From NCBI GenBank assembly GCA_964356315.1, contig CAYHHA010000002.1:3824-67823 (forward strand): a DNA stretch of 64,000 nt. Direction: 5' to 3'. Source of the stretch: an uncultured Gammaproteobacteria bacterium. Its GTDB lineage: Bacteria; Patescibacteriota; Microgenomatia; UBA10105; UBA927. Below the pieces are notes generated by a model. That model was given only the letters and a program-made list of their open reading frames with translations, did not search any database and was not told the origin of the DNA. Below, in pieces: positions 36,764 through 45,585 of the stretch; position 1 is the first letter of the stretch, and each line of letters starts with the position of its first letter. The position numbers and the translations under genes were made by a program.

Positions 36764-38611
36764 TTAATGTAAGACCGGTCTTCCTGACAATGGCGTCAGA
36801 GTTGCTGCAGTATCATGAGTCAGATGATCCATAAAATCATCAAGCGGGGCTGTGGCGATGCACGTAACCGTATCAGCTCCGCCATAGTAGACATGGAGTC
36901 TGTTTCCAACAATAGCCGAACCGCATGGATATGCGACACCAGCTTTAAATCCTTCGTTTTCATACCATTCTGTGGGTTCAAGAATTGGTTTTACTGATCT
37001 ATGAAGTACTTTTGCTGGATTATTTTTATCCAGAAGCATAGCCCCCATTTTATATCTATATGAATCATTGTCGCCAACCGCCTGATAGATAAGAAGCCAT
37101 CCTTCTGGAGTGTCAAGTGGTGTCGCTCCTACGCCAACTTTTCTACTATCCCAAAATCCGGGTCGAGGCGATATTTTATCATGACCAACTAACCACTTTG
37201 TTTCACCATCAAAATTCAAATCATCCACATAATCTACGAGGATATGAGGAAATATTCTGTGAAATAACACATATTTCCCATTGATCTTTTCTGGAAGTAA
37301 ACAGGCATTTTTATTTACCTGACCTGGTCTCGAGATAAGTACGGGTTTTTGCCAATTCCAATTATGCGCAACAAAATCTTTCACATCTATGGAAGACAGC
37401 GCGACTCTTGGCTCACTCCATCCGTTATATGCGACATAGGTCATATAAATTTTATCATCCAATTTTGTGAGCCTTGGATCTTCACACCCTCCTGAGCATC
37501 CACCACCTGATGCAAATGGGGAATATTCGCCACCGCCCGTATATGGAGAGCTACTTTCAAATGATGCTGTGGGGACATATGCAGGCATATCAAGTCGTTC
37601 ATCAAAATTAATACCATCTTCACTAGATGCATATCCAAGCACGGATACATCTTCGTTGCCGATCGCGCGGTATAACATATGAACACGGCCTTCGGCATAC
37701 ACAGCTCCTGGATTAAAGACCGCTCTTGATTCCCAAAAATGATCCACAATAGGCTTGATAATTGGATTGCTTGTTAATTTGTTTAGTAAAAATGCAGGTT
37801 TATTTGCTTGATAGGAGCCTAAGCTTGCAAACTGTGGATGAGTAATTGCGAATAGCCCATCTGTGTCAGATACCCAGTATGAGATGTAAGAGTCAGCAAA
37901 TGCAAGAAGTCCAACGGGTAATGCGTGTTTTTCGTGCCATGACTGTGGTGATTCCCAAATAGGTTCGTTATATGCTCTGAGTATTTTTCTCGGGTTTTCC
38001 TTATCAAATAATACTGCTTGAATTGCTGTCGATTTTTCTTTAAAAACATAATACAACATGAGAATGCCATCTTTTGCCACTTGAGCGTGTGCGACATGAA
38101 CAGGGAATTCTCCAAAAAAATCTTTATGAGCAGCAAGAACTGGTTCCGGATCCAAATTCCAAGAAACCAGATCGTTTGATGTCGCAATTGAAATCTCATT
38201 TTCTCCGGTATACATAACGAATCCGCCCTGATGAGTATAATTATCAACAATGACACCAGTTTCTTTTATATTTGAAGCTCTGCCGATTCTCTGAAATCTG
38301 ATAAGATCTTTTGAAGTTGCCACATAGGTACTGGTAAACTTTTCTTTTCGATATTTGAATAAGAGGATGTATTTATCTCCGACTTTTGAAATACGGAAAT
38401 CCTGGCATTTATGAGGATTCACATTTCGACGTTTTTCATCTACGATTTTTGTCGCATTAGTATGCGGTATAAAGGTAAATCCATCCTGACTACTGTCAGT
38501 TTGGAAAAATTTTTCGTTCTCTTCTGCGGTGTGATAGAGAAAAATAGATGTGCCATTTGAAGCAACGCCCAAAGGCACGGTATCATTGGAGATCCGTGAG
38601 TTCTGATCCAT
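36764..38611 (-). CDS. two-domain GH130-like glycosidase (615 aa)
   Basis: CEDPRLTKLDDKIYMTYVAYNG and HVYYGGADTVTCIATA in the C-terminal half. The N-terminal half has an additional beta-propeller-like repeat. Confidence 0.65.
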   Translation of the reverse strand: MDQNSRISNDTVPLGVASNGTSIFLYHTAEENEKFFQTDSSQDGFTFIPHTNATKIVDEKRRNVNPHKCQDFRISKVGDKYILLFKYRKEKFTSTYVATSKDLIRFQRIGRASNIKETGVIVDNYTHQGGFVMYTGENEISIATSNDLVSWNLDPEPVLAAHKDFFGEFPVHVAHAQVAKDGILMLYYVFKEKSTAIQAVLFDKENPRKILRAYNEPIWESPQSWHEKHALPVGLLAFADSYISYWVSDTDGLFAITHPQFASLGSYQANKPAFLLNKLTSNPIIKPIVDHFWESRAVFNPGAVYAEGRVHMLYRAIGNEDVSVLGYASSEDGINFDERLDMPAYVPTASFESSSPYTGGGEYSPFASGGGCSGGCEDPRLTKLDDKIYMTYVAYNGWSEPRVALSSIDVKDFVAHNWNWQKPVLISRPGQVNKNACLLPEKINGKYVLFHRIFPHILVDYVDDLNFDGETKWLVGHDKISPRPGFWDSRKVGVGATPLDTPEGWLLIYQAVGDNDSYRYKMGAMLLDKNNPAKVLHRSVKPILEPTEWYENEGFKAGVAYPCGSAIVGNRLHVYYGGADTVTCIATAPLDDFMDHLTHDTAATLTPLSGRPVLH

Positions 38612-38758
38612 ACAAAAATAATGACAAAAAAATGAGCGACTACTATCTGTAAATTACACCGTTTTTCTCTCTCTGTATATACCCATTTTGTTACAGGATA
38701 TCATTTTTTGTGCGATAGCATGACGCTAAACAGACCAAGTGGGGCAGAACCAGATTTA

Positions 38759-40297
38759 TCAGAATTTTTTAAGGACATAGAGAAATATTTTCGTGATACT
38801 CTCTATCTCTTTTCTGCTTTCTGTTCCGAGTGCGACTCGGATAAAAGGGGTGTTTGGGGTGCTTCTTACGGCAGTCAGATAAATTCGCGTAGTATTTAGG
38901 CCAAAACTTGTGCCTGAAACGATAGATACACGCTGTTTTTTTGCGCTATGGAGTACGAGTTCTATAAAGCGCTTGTAGCTTTTTACCGTTTGGTATTTTT
39001 TGGTAAATTCAATGGTGAAGAAGCTTCCATGAAATACATCCTCTCGGGTCCAGTTGTACGACGGATGATCAGGGAGGCCTGGATAGTGAATTTTTACAAA
39101 CGGTGATCCGGGATTTTCATACATCCACGTGCTCAGTTTTTCTGAAAGAATGTGTGCGTTTCTGCCGAGTCTCAGAAGTCGTTTCACAAGAATCTTTTTA
39201 TTTGGTGTAGGGAGAGATGCGACCAGTATATCCGGAGCGTTCGTTCCCGTGTGCACTCGGTAGTCAAATAATTTTCCCGTGTCTCCTCCATATGTCCAAA
39301 AAATTCCTCCCGTGACCCTGTCCATGCCGTACTGATGATATTTATTGAGACTTTCAAATACGATAAGAGAGAGCTTGCTAAATTTCCCAAAGACCAATGG
39401 GAACGGCTGAAGCATCACAGAAAGGCATGTATTATCTATGATAAGAATTGTTTCTTTCTTCACATTAGTCACAATATAGTTAATTATCTTTTTCAGATCC
39501 GGCACTGCTATGGTCGGCATATTTGCAAGGCTATCAAGCACAATGACAGAGGGCTTGTTCAGTTCTATATTTTGGAGAATTGAATCGGTGTCATGTTCAT
39601 CTATTTCTATACAATTTTTTTGAACAGACCTCTGTAGTAATGCTTTGTTTTCAAAATAGATCGATTTTCCAATAAGCACAGGTCCATTGATTTTCTTTTC
39701 CAATATCAAATACGTAAGAATTGTAGAGAATGCGGCCATTCCACTGGACGTGATACATGCTTGAATTGGGAGCGTGAACAGGCCATGTATCAACGATTTT
39801 TTAAATGCTCGTTCATAGTTGCCTGCGTCCCAATGTTGGTCCCGTTTGTAATCGTTAATTGTTGCGTAAATACTTCCTTCCTGACGGCCAGCCTGGCTTT
39901 TTATTGAATGGGCTATGGATGGTGATTGCCAGTCAGAGCTCGTGATAAGCGCTCCTAGCCTGGTTTGGTGTGTACGCAGTAGCTCTCTGGATTCTGTTAT
40001 AGAAGAAATAATTGAATCAAGAAATATATCTGATGAAATTTTTTGTAAATTGAGAGATTGTTCATCCATTACCTGTAAAAGATTTGTATAAAATTGAGAA
40101 AGTGCATTTGCCTCGTGTTCAATCCGGAGGATTGTAGACTCATATAGGTATTTTTTTGCCTTTTGAATATCAGACTGGAATGTTTGAATTTTATATAGCG
40201 CATCGTTTGCCAGATATTGAATTTCTTCAAGATCATCTTTGCAATCGATTATCGTTTCTAAAAATACGTGGTCAGATGGAGGAATTTTTATTGACAT
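38759..40297 (-). CDS. Cys/Met-metabolism PLP-dependent enzyme (CGS/CBL/MetY-like) with ~135-aa N-terminal extension
   Basis: NDYKRDQHWDAGNYERAF, SSGMAAF, LIIDNTCLSVMLQP, PLP-Lys box ESLNKYHQYGMDRVTGG, C-terminal FIRVALGTESRKEIESI. Each block matches the MetB/MetC family. The preceding ~135 aa are not family-like. Confidence 0.7.
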   Translation of the reverse strand: MSIKIPPSDHVFLETIIDCKDDLEEIQYLANDALYKIQTFQSDIQKAKKYLYESTILRIEHEANALSQFYTNLLQVMDEQSLNLQKISSDIFLDSIISSITESRELLRTHQTRLGALITSSDWQSPSIAHSIKSQAGRQEGSIYATINDYKRDQHWDAGNYERAFKKSLIHGLFTLPIQACITSSGMAAFSTILTYLILEKKINGPVLIGKSIYFENKALLQRSVQKNCIEIDEHDTDSILQNIELNKPSVIVLDSLANMPTIAVPDLKKIINYIVTNVKKETILIIDNTCLSVMLQPFPLVFGKFSKLSLIVFESLNKYHQYGMDRVTGGIFWTYGGDTGKLFDYRVHTGTNAPDILVASLPTPNKKILVKRLLRLGRNAHILSEKLSTWMYENPGSPFVKIHYPGLPDHPSYNWTREDVFHGSFFTIEFTKKYQTVKSYKRFIELVLHSAKKQRVSIVSGTSFGLNTTRIYLTAVRSTPNTPFIRVALGTESRKEIESITKIFLYVLKKF

Positions 40298-41285
40298 GAT
40301 ATGGGTACCAATTCAGGCCCTTGTTTTGCAAATGTTACGAGTACATTATATCATTGCAACTGATATGTTTAGCCCATTTCGCCAGAAAAAATATGAAATA
40401 CCGCTCGTATCTGTTGACCTGGGAGCAGGAACAGTGCGCGTTCCAGTTGCCGAGCTGTCATCGGGAAAAGATGGGAAGACGCTTCTTATCACTGCTGGAA
40501 ACGATGGGGATGAATATGCTGGCATAGAGGCCTGTTATAGAATCATAGAAGAATTTTCGCATACACCGTTTTCTGGAAAGCTGATTGTGATTCCGATCGT
40601 AAATATTCCTGGATTTGAAGCCGAAATGAGTCAAAACCCACTGGATGGAAAATTTCCAAAATATATTTATCCAGGGAACATCAATGGTTCTGCCTCCGAA
40701 CGGCTACGTTATTGGGTGAGTGAGTATGCTGAGTCGTCTGATTTTTGGTTGGATTTGCATGGTGGTTCACTTGTTGAATCATTAGTGCCGTTTGCATGGG
40801 GTTGGAAAAGTGATCAAAAAGATATTGATGCGACGGTTCTTTCAATGATACAAAAATTTCCCTTACCATATTCTGCACTGAGTAAATCACTGAGGTTTTC
40901 AAAGCGTCTTGCATCAAGAGGGTGTGGATATGTATTAACCGAATCTGGAGCTGGTGGAGATAATACTGGAAAATCAGTCGAATTGCAGACAACAATGGTT
41001 CGCATAGTGATGAATGAATTACATATGATAGAAGGTGATTATCAACAATGTAGCAAGAAGATATATGGCTTGGTATCTGACCATATTCTGAAAAAGAGTG
41101 GGATATGGCATTCGATAGTTTCTCACGGTATGGTTGTTCAAAAAGGGTCAATCATCGGAACTGTTTGCTCATTATCAGGAGATACTATCGAAACTGTCAT
41201 AGCAAAACATAACGGCATGATATTATGGGTTAAAGTGGGGTTGAGTGGTCGCAAAGGAGATGTGGTAGCAGGATTGGGATGTTAA
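40296..41285 (+). CDS. succinylglutamate desuccinylase/aspartoacylase (AstE/AspA) family deacylase
   Basis: LLITAGNDGDEYAGIEA and FWLDLHGG (zinc-ligand blocks). ATG 40296 overlaps the divergent gene's start codon; later starts at 40332 or 40365 are possible. Confidence 0.6.
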   Translation: MIWVPIQALVLQMLRVHYIIATDMFSPFRQKKYEIPLVSVDLGAGTVRVPVAELSSGKDGKTLLITAGNDGDEYAGIEACYRIIEEFSHTPFSGKLIVIPIVNIPGFEAEMSQNPLDGKFPKYIYPGNINGSASERLRYWVSEYAESSDFWLDLHGGSLVESLVPFAWGWKSDQKDIDATVLSMIQKFPLPYSALSKSLRFSKRLASRGCGYVLTESGAGGDNTGKSVELQTTMVRIVMNELHMIEGDYQQCSKKIYGLVSDHILKKSGIWHSIVSHGMVVQKGSIIGTVCSLSGDTIETVIAKHNGMILWVKVGLSGRKGDVVAGLGC

Positions 41286-41614
41286 GAATAGCTTTCTCCC
41301 CATTCATGCATTTGTTCAATAATTTTTCGAAGAGAGGATCCTTTGGAAGTTAATGAATATTCAACATGGAGTGGAACTTCCGCAAAAACCTTTTTATGGA
41401 TAATACCATCTTTTTCCAACTGTTGAAGTCGTAGGGATAATGTTCGCGGGCTGATGCCAGAGAGAGACCGTTGCAATTCTCCGAATCTTCTCGTATTTTC
41501 ACAGAGCTCCCGAAGAAGCAGTGGAGTCCATTTTCTTCCGATTATAGACAATGTTGTGGTAACGCACGCTTTGTTTGTATGTTTCATACTATACTTTTTG
41601 TAAGTACTATACAA
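41282..41614 (-). CDS. HxlR-family winged-helix transcriptional regulator
   Basis: LSIIGRKWTPLLLRELCENTRRFGELQRSLSGISPRTLSLRLQQLEKDGII. Confidence 0.8.
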   Translation of the reverse strand: MYSTYKKYSMKHTNKACVTTTLSIIGRKWTPLLLRELCENTRRFGELQRSLSGISPRTLSLRLQQLEKDGIIHKKVFAEVPLHVEYSLTSKGSSLRKIIEQMHEWGESYS

Positions 41615-41681
41615 AATATAGTAACTAGTCTACTATGTAGTGAGTATAACAATAATACCATTTATATTAAAGGAGAACTAT

Positions 41682-42296
41682 ATGTCTACATGGAACACCA
41701 TCGCAACCGATGAAATAATCGAGAAAACAGTGTCAGCATTGAATGCAAATGGTATTGCAACAATTGTTGTCAATACGAAAGAAGAAGCGAGAGCGGCGGT
41801 ATTGGAACTCTTACCAAAACAGTCTGAGGTGATGACGATGACCTCAGTAACATTAGATCAGACAGGAATTGAAAAAGCGATAAATGCCTCAGGTGACTAT
41901 GAAGCAATGAAGCCAAAATTATATGCGCTAGACCGGGCGACACAAGGAAAAGAAATGCAACAAATTGGAGCCACTTCAGAATATTCTGTCGGAAGTGTAC
42001 AGGCGGTTACGCAGGACGGAAGTATCGTTATGGTTTCAGCAACCGGGAGTCAATTGGCAGGATACGCATACGGATCGTCTCATGTCGTCTTGGTTGTCGG
42101 TGCACAAAAAATTGTGCCGACTTTAGACGATGCTATGAAGCGTGTACATACTCACGTGCTTCCCCTGGAGAGTGAAAGAGCGCATAAAGCGTATGGGGTT
42201 CCTGGGAGTAATGTAAGCAAACTCCTGATTATCTCTAAAGAAGTAAATCCCAAGAGGATTGTACTGGTTATTGTGAAGGAAGCGTTGGGATTTTAA
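41682..42296 (+). CDS. LUD-domain (DUF162, YkgG/LutC-like) protein
   Basis: LUD-type Rossmann-like pattern. AAGGAG SD 7 nt upstream of ATG 41682. Confidence 0.55.
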   Translation: MSTWNTIATDEIIEKTVSALNANGIATIVVNTKEEARAAVLELLPKQSEVMTMTSVTLDQTGIEKAINASGDYEAMKPKLYALDRATQGKEMQQIGATSEYSVGSVQAVTQDGSIVMVSATGSQLAGYAYGSSHVVLVVGAQKIVPTLDDAMKRVHTHVLPLESERAHKAYGVPGSNVSKLLIISKEVNPKRIVLVIVKEALGF

Positions 42297-42366
42297 CATC
42301 CCAGGTTGTTTTCCTTTGAGTTGCATTATGTAAATCCTCCCAAATGGATGATATGATGAGTATGGT

Positions 42367-44052
42367 ATGATACTGCCCGATGACCAGCTTCAATCATTGT
42401 TAGTCGAACATTCTGTCGCGCCAATAGAAAAAATTCAAGCGGTGCGTGATGCGGCGATAGCTTCACATGGCTCTTTCGTAAATGAGCTTATTGATAAAGG
42501 AGTTGTTTCTGATGAGCAAATTGGCTCTATTATTTCCGCAAATCTGAAGGTTCCATTTGTCGTTCTTTCTAAGGTTGCGATTTCTGAAGATGTGTTTCAT
42601 ATCATTCCAGAAAAAACAGCCCGTAAGTATAAAACAATCGTATTTGGACGAGGAGCCGAAGGTGTGCAGTTGGCTATGACGGAGCCTAAGGTCACTGATT
42701 TGGTCGGAATGGTGGCAAAAAAAACACATCAAAAAGTGACTGTCTATTATGCTACGGAGCGAGATGTTGAAAATACTCTGCAAATATATAAAAAAGTATT
42801 GCAAAAGACGATCGATGAACTTCTTCGAGAAGACATAAAAAAAGCGACTACACTGGTATCAGATGATTTACCGATCGCAAAAATTGTAGATGTGTTGCTT
42901 GATAGCGCCTATCAAGATAAATCTTCAGATGTCCATATAGAACCAGAAGAAAATAATTCCCTGATTCGATTCCGTATTGACGGCGTTCTTCATGATGTGC
43001 TTCGTGTCCCTAAAGCGCTTCATGACCGAATCATGACAAGAATAAAAGTTCTTTCCAGTTTGCGAACTGATGAACATTTAAGTGCGCAGGATGGAAAAAT
43101 GCGCATTGCCCTTGAAGAGGAGCAGATTGACATTCGCGTATCCATTTTACCTGTTTCTGAAGGTGAAAAGGCGGTGCTTCGTATCCTTTCTTCGAATTCT
43201 CGTGAATATTCTCTAGCGGATCTGGGAATGAACGAACCAGATCTGAAAAAAGTAAATAATGCCTATGAAAAATCATACGGAATGATTTTATCCACTGGCC
43301 CGACTGGCTCAGGGAAAACCACATCAATATACGCAATATTAAAAATATTAAATACAAGAGATAAAAATATTACGACGATTGAAGATCCAGTTGAATATAG
43401 GGTAAAAGGAGCAAGTCAGGTGCAGGTGAACGTAAAGACAAATCTGACATTTGCCAATGGGCTTCGCAGTATTTTACGACAGGATCCAAATATTATCTTT
43501 GTAGGAGAGATCCGAGATGGGGAAACAGCTGCTATTGCGGTAAATGCTGCTTTGACAGGTCATTTGGTGCTATCAACATTGCATACAAATGATGCTGCAA
43601 CTGCAATTCCTCGCTTGAGCGATATGAAGATCGAGCCGTTCCTTGTTGCGTCTACAGTAAACCTTATCATCGCACAGAGGTTGCTGCGAAAAATCTGTGA
43701 TTCTTGTAAGACGCAAATGACGATGCCCAGATCAGAACTTGAAAAACACATCGCTCCGCAGATGATAGAAAAACATTTCGGAACAGGCCATGATATTTCA
43801 TTATTTTCTGGAGCAGGTTGCAAGGTGTGTCACAAGACTGGGTATCTAGGTCGACTTGGGGTGTTTGAGGTCCTTGAAGTGTCAAAGGAAATCAAACGAC
43901 TAATTTCTTTAAACAGCGACTCTGACGAAATAAATAAACAGGCGGTCCAGGAGGGTATGAATACCATGCTTAACGATGGTCTTGATAAAGTTAAAAAAGG
44001 ATTCACAACAATCGAAGAAGTACTTCGAGTAACAAAGGTGGAAAACTTATGA
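42367..44052 (+). CDS. pilB: type IV pilus assembly ATPase (GspE/PilB family)
   Basis: Walker A GPTGSGKTT. Asp/His boxes. C-terminal tetracysteine CDSCK...CKVCHKTG. Confidence 0.9.
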   Translation: MILPDDQLQSLLVEHSVAPIEKIQAVRDAAIASHGSFVNELIDKGVVSDEQIGSIISANLKVPFVVLSKVAISEDVFHIIPEKTARKYKTIVFGRGAEGVQLAMTEPKVTDLVGMVAKKTHQKVTVYYATERDVENTLQIYKKVLQKTIDELLREDIKKATTLVSDDLPIAKIVDVLLDSAYQDKSSDVHIEPEENNSLIRFRIDGVLHDVLRVPKALHDRIMTRIKVLSSLRTDEHLSAQDGKMRIALEEEQIDIRVSILPVSEGEKAVLRILSSNSREYSLADLGMNEPDLKKVNNAYEKSYGMILSTGPTGSGKTTSIYAILKILNTRDKNITTIEDPVEYRVKGASQVQVNVKTNLTFANGLRSILRQDPNIIFVGEIRDGETAAIAVNAALTGHLVLSTLHTNDAATAIPRLSDMKIEPFLVASTVNLIIAQRLLRKICDSCKTQMTMPRSELEKHIAPQMIEKHFGTGHDISLFSGAGCKVCHKTGYLGRLGVFEVLEVSKEIKRLISLNSDSDEINKQAVQEGMNTMLNDGLDKVKKGFTTIEEVLRVTKVENL

Positions 44053-45101
44053 GAGATGACAGGGTTACCATAGGCAATAGTGAAAAATTGGAATTCGTAG
44101 GGAGTTTATCTACGATGCTGACCGCTGGAATTCCGATACTTGAGGTGGTTAATTCGCTTCGAGAAGACATGAAGGGGGGTCAAAAAATCATTCTAGACAC
44201 TATGTATGAGGATTTGATGCAAGGGAAACATCTGCATCAGACGCTGACACGGTTTCCACAGGTGTTTGATAAGGTGACGGTGAATGTTATTAAAGCTTCG
44301 GAAGAAGCGGGAACGTTGGATATTACCCTAAAAGATTTGAAACATACGATCCAAAAAGATATTGAATTTAACGATAAAGTTCGCTCCGCAATGATGTATC
44401 CAATGTTTATCATTGTTGTATTTGCTGGAGTGCTACTTATGATTTTAACATTTGTTATTCCTAAAATTAGCACTGTATTTTTACGCATGCATGTTGTTCT
44501 TCCTCTTCCCACTCGGATCATGATCTATGTTTCAGATTTGCTGATAAAACAAACAATACCATTCACATTAGCTTTTTCCACTATCTGCTTATTGATCTTC
44601 TTTCTGTATAAAAAGAAAAAAACTGAATTTTTAAACATTGTATTTTCTTTGCCTGTTATTTCAACGCTTGTTGAGCAGATTGATATAACTAGATTTTCAA
44701 GAAGTTTATATTTACTTCTCTCCTCTGGGTTACCGATAACTCAAGCTCTAGAATTAACGAAAGATGTGGTCGTTAAAAAAAAGACATCTCTTATCATTTC
44801 TCAATCGAGGGAAATGGTATTTTCTGGGAAGCCTCTTTCAGAAGGATTTAGAGCTGCAAAAGGGTATATTCCATCTATCATGATCAAACTCATGGAGGCA
44901 GGAGAGAAGACTGGATCCCTTGATAAATCTATGTCGGATATATCAGAATATTTTGACTATCAAGTTACCAATACGCTCAAAACATTAACAGCACTTTTGG
45001 AGCCAATTCTATTGGTGTTCGTCGGTATCGCAGTAGGAGGCATGATGCTTGCGATTATTACTCCAATTTATGGTTTGATAAGTCAGGTCGGGGCAAGATA
45101 A
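44049..45101 (+). CDS. pilC: type IV pilus inner-membrane platform protein (GspF/PilC family)
   Basis: Two T2SSF-like repeats with three TM segments. Start overlaps the pilB stop (ATGA). Confidence 0.8.
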   Translation: MRDDRVTIGNSEKLEFVGSLSTMLTAGIPILEVVNSLREDMKGGQKIILDTMYEDLMQGKHLHQTLTRFPQVFDKVTVNVIKASEEAGTLDITLKDLKHTIQKDIEFNDKVRSAMMYPMFIIVVFAGVLLMILTFVIPKISTVFLRMHVVLPLPTRIMIYVSDLLIKQTIPFTLAFSTICLLIFFLYKKKKTEFLNIVFSLPVISTLVEQIDITRFSRSLYLLLSSGLPITQALELTKDVVVKKKTSLIISQSREMVFSGKPLSEGFRAAKGYIPSIMIKLMEAGEKTGSLDKSMSDISEYFDYQVTNTLKTLTALLEPILLVFVGIAVGGMMLAIITPIYGLISQVGAR

Positions 45102-45102
45102 T

Positions 45103-45585
45103 ATGAATAAGTCACGTGGCTTTGTTCTTATCGAAATCGTAGTGGTATTTGGCATGCTTGCGGTGCTTACTATTATGACGACGTTAAATGTATTTGGATC
45201 CAATAGAACTGCTTCACTGACAGGGGCTATAAATATTCTTATAGCGGATATGAAAAGTCAACAGACTAAAGCGATGACAGGGTCACAAGTGTCTGGTGTT
45301 TCTCCACTCGGGTTTGGAATACATTTTGATTCGACTGGATATACTTTATTTAAAGGACTAACGTATTCTGCCACTGAACCAACAAATAGCCGTATAAATA
45401 ACGATATAAAAGTCCGATTTAGTAACATCTCTCTTCCGAATGGATCGCTCGTATATGCCTCAAGAAGTGGAGAATTTGTTGGCTATTCATCAACGTCTAG
45501 CACCGTAACCGTTACTCATATCGATAGTGGGATATCAAAAACAGTATTTTTAAATAAATATGGTGTTATCACAGCAATTAACTAA
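45103..45585 (+). CDS. prepilin-type (type IV) pilin/pseudopilin
   Basis: Class III signal MNKSRGFVLIEIVVVFGMLAVL. Confidence 0.8.
   Translation: MNKSRGFVLIEIVVVFGMLAVLTIMTTLNVFGSNRTASLTGAINILIADMKSQQTKAMTGSQVSGVSPLGFGIHFDSTGYTLFKGLTYSATEPTNSRINNDIKVRFSNISLPNGSLVYASRSGEFVGYSSTSSTVTVTHIDSGISKTVFLNKYGVITAIN

Noticed and set aside
38708-38899. 63-aa plus-strand ORF
   Set aside because: It overlaps the 3' end of the PLP-enzyme gene on the other strand and has no signature.
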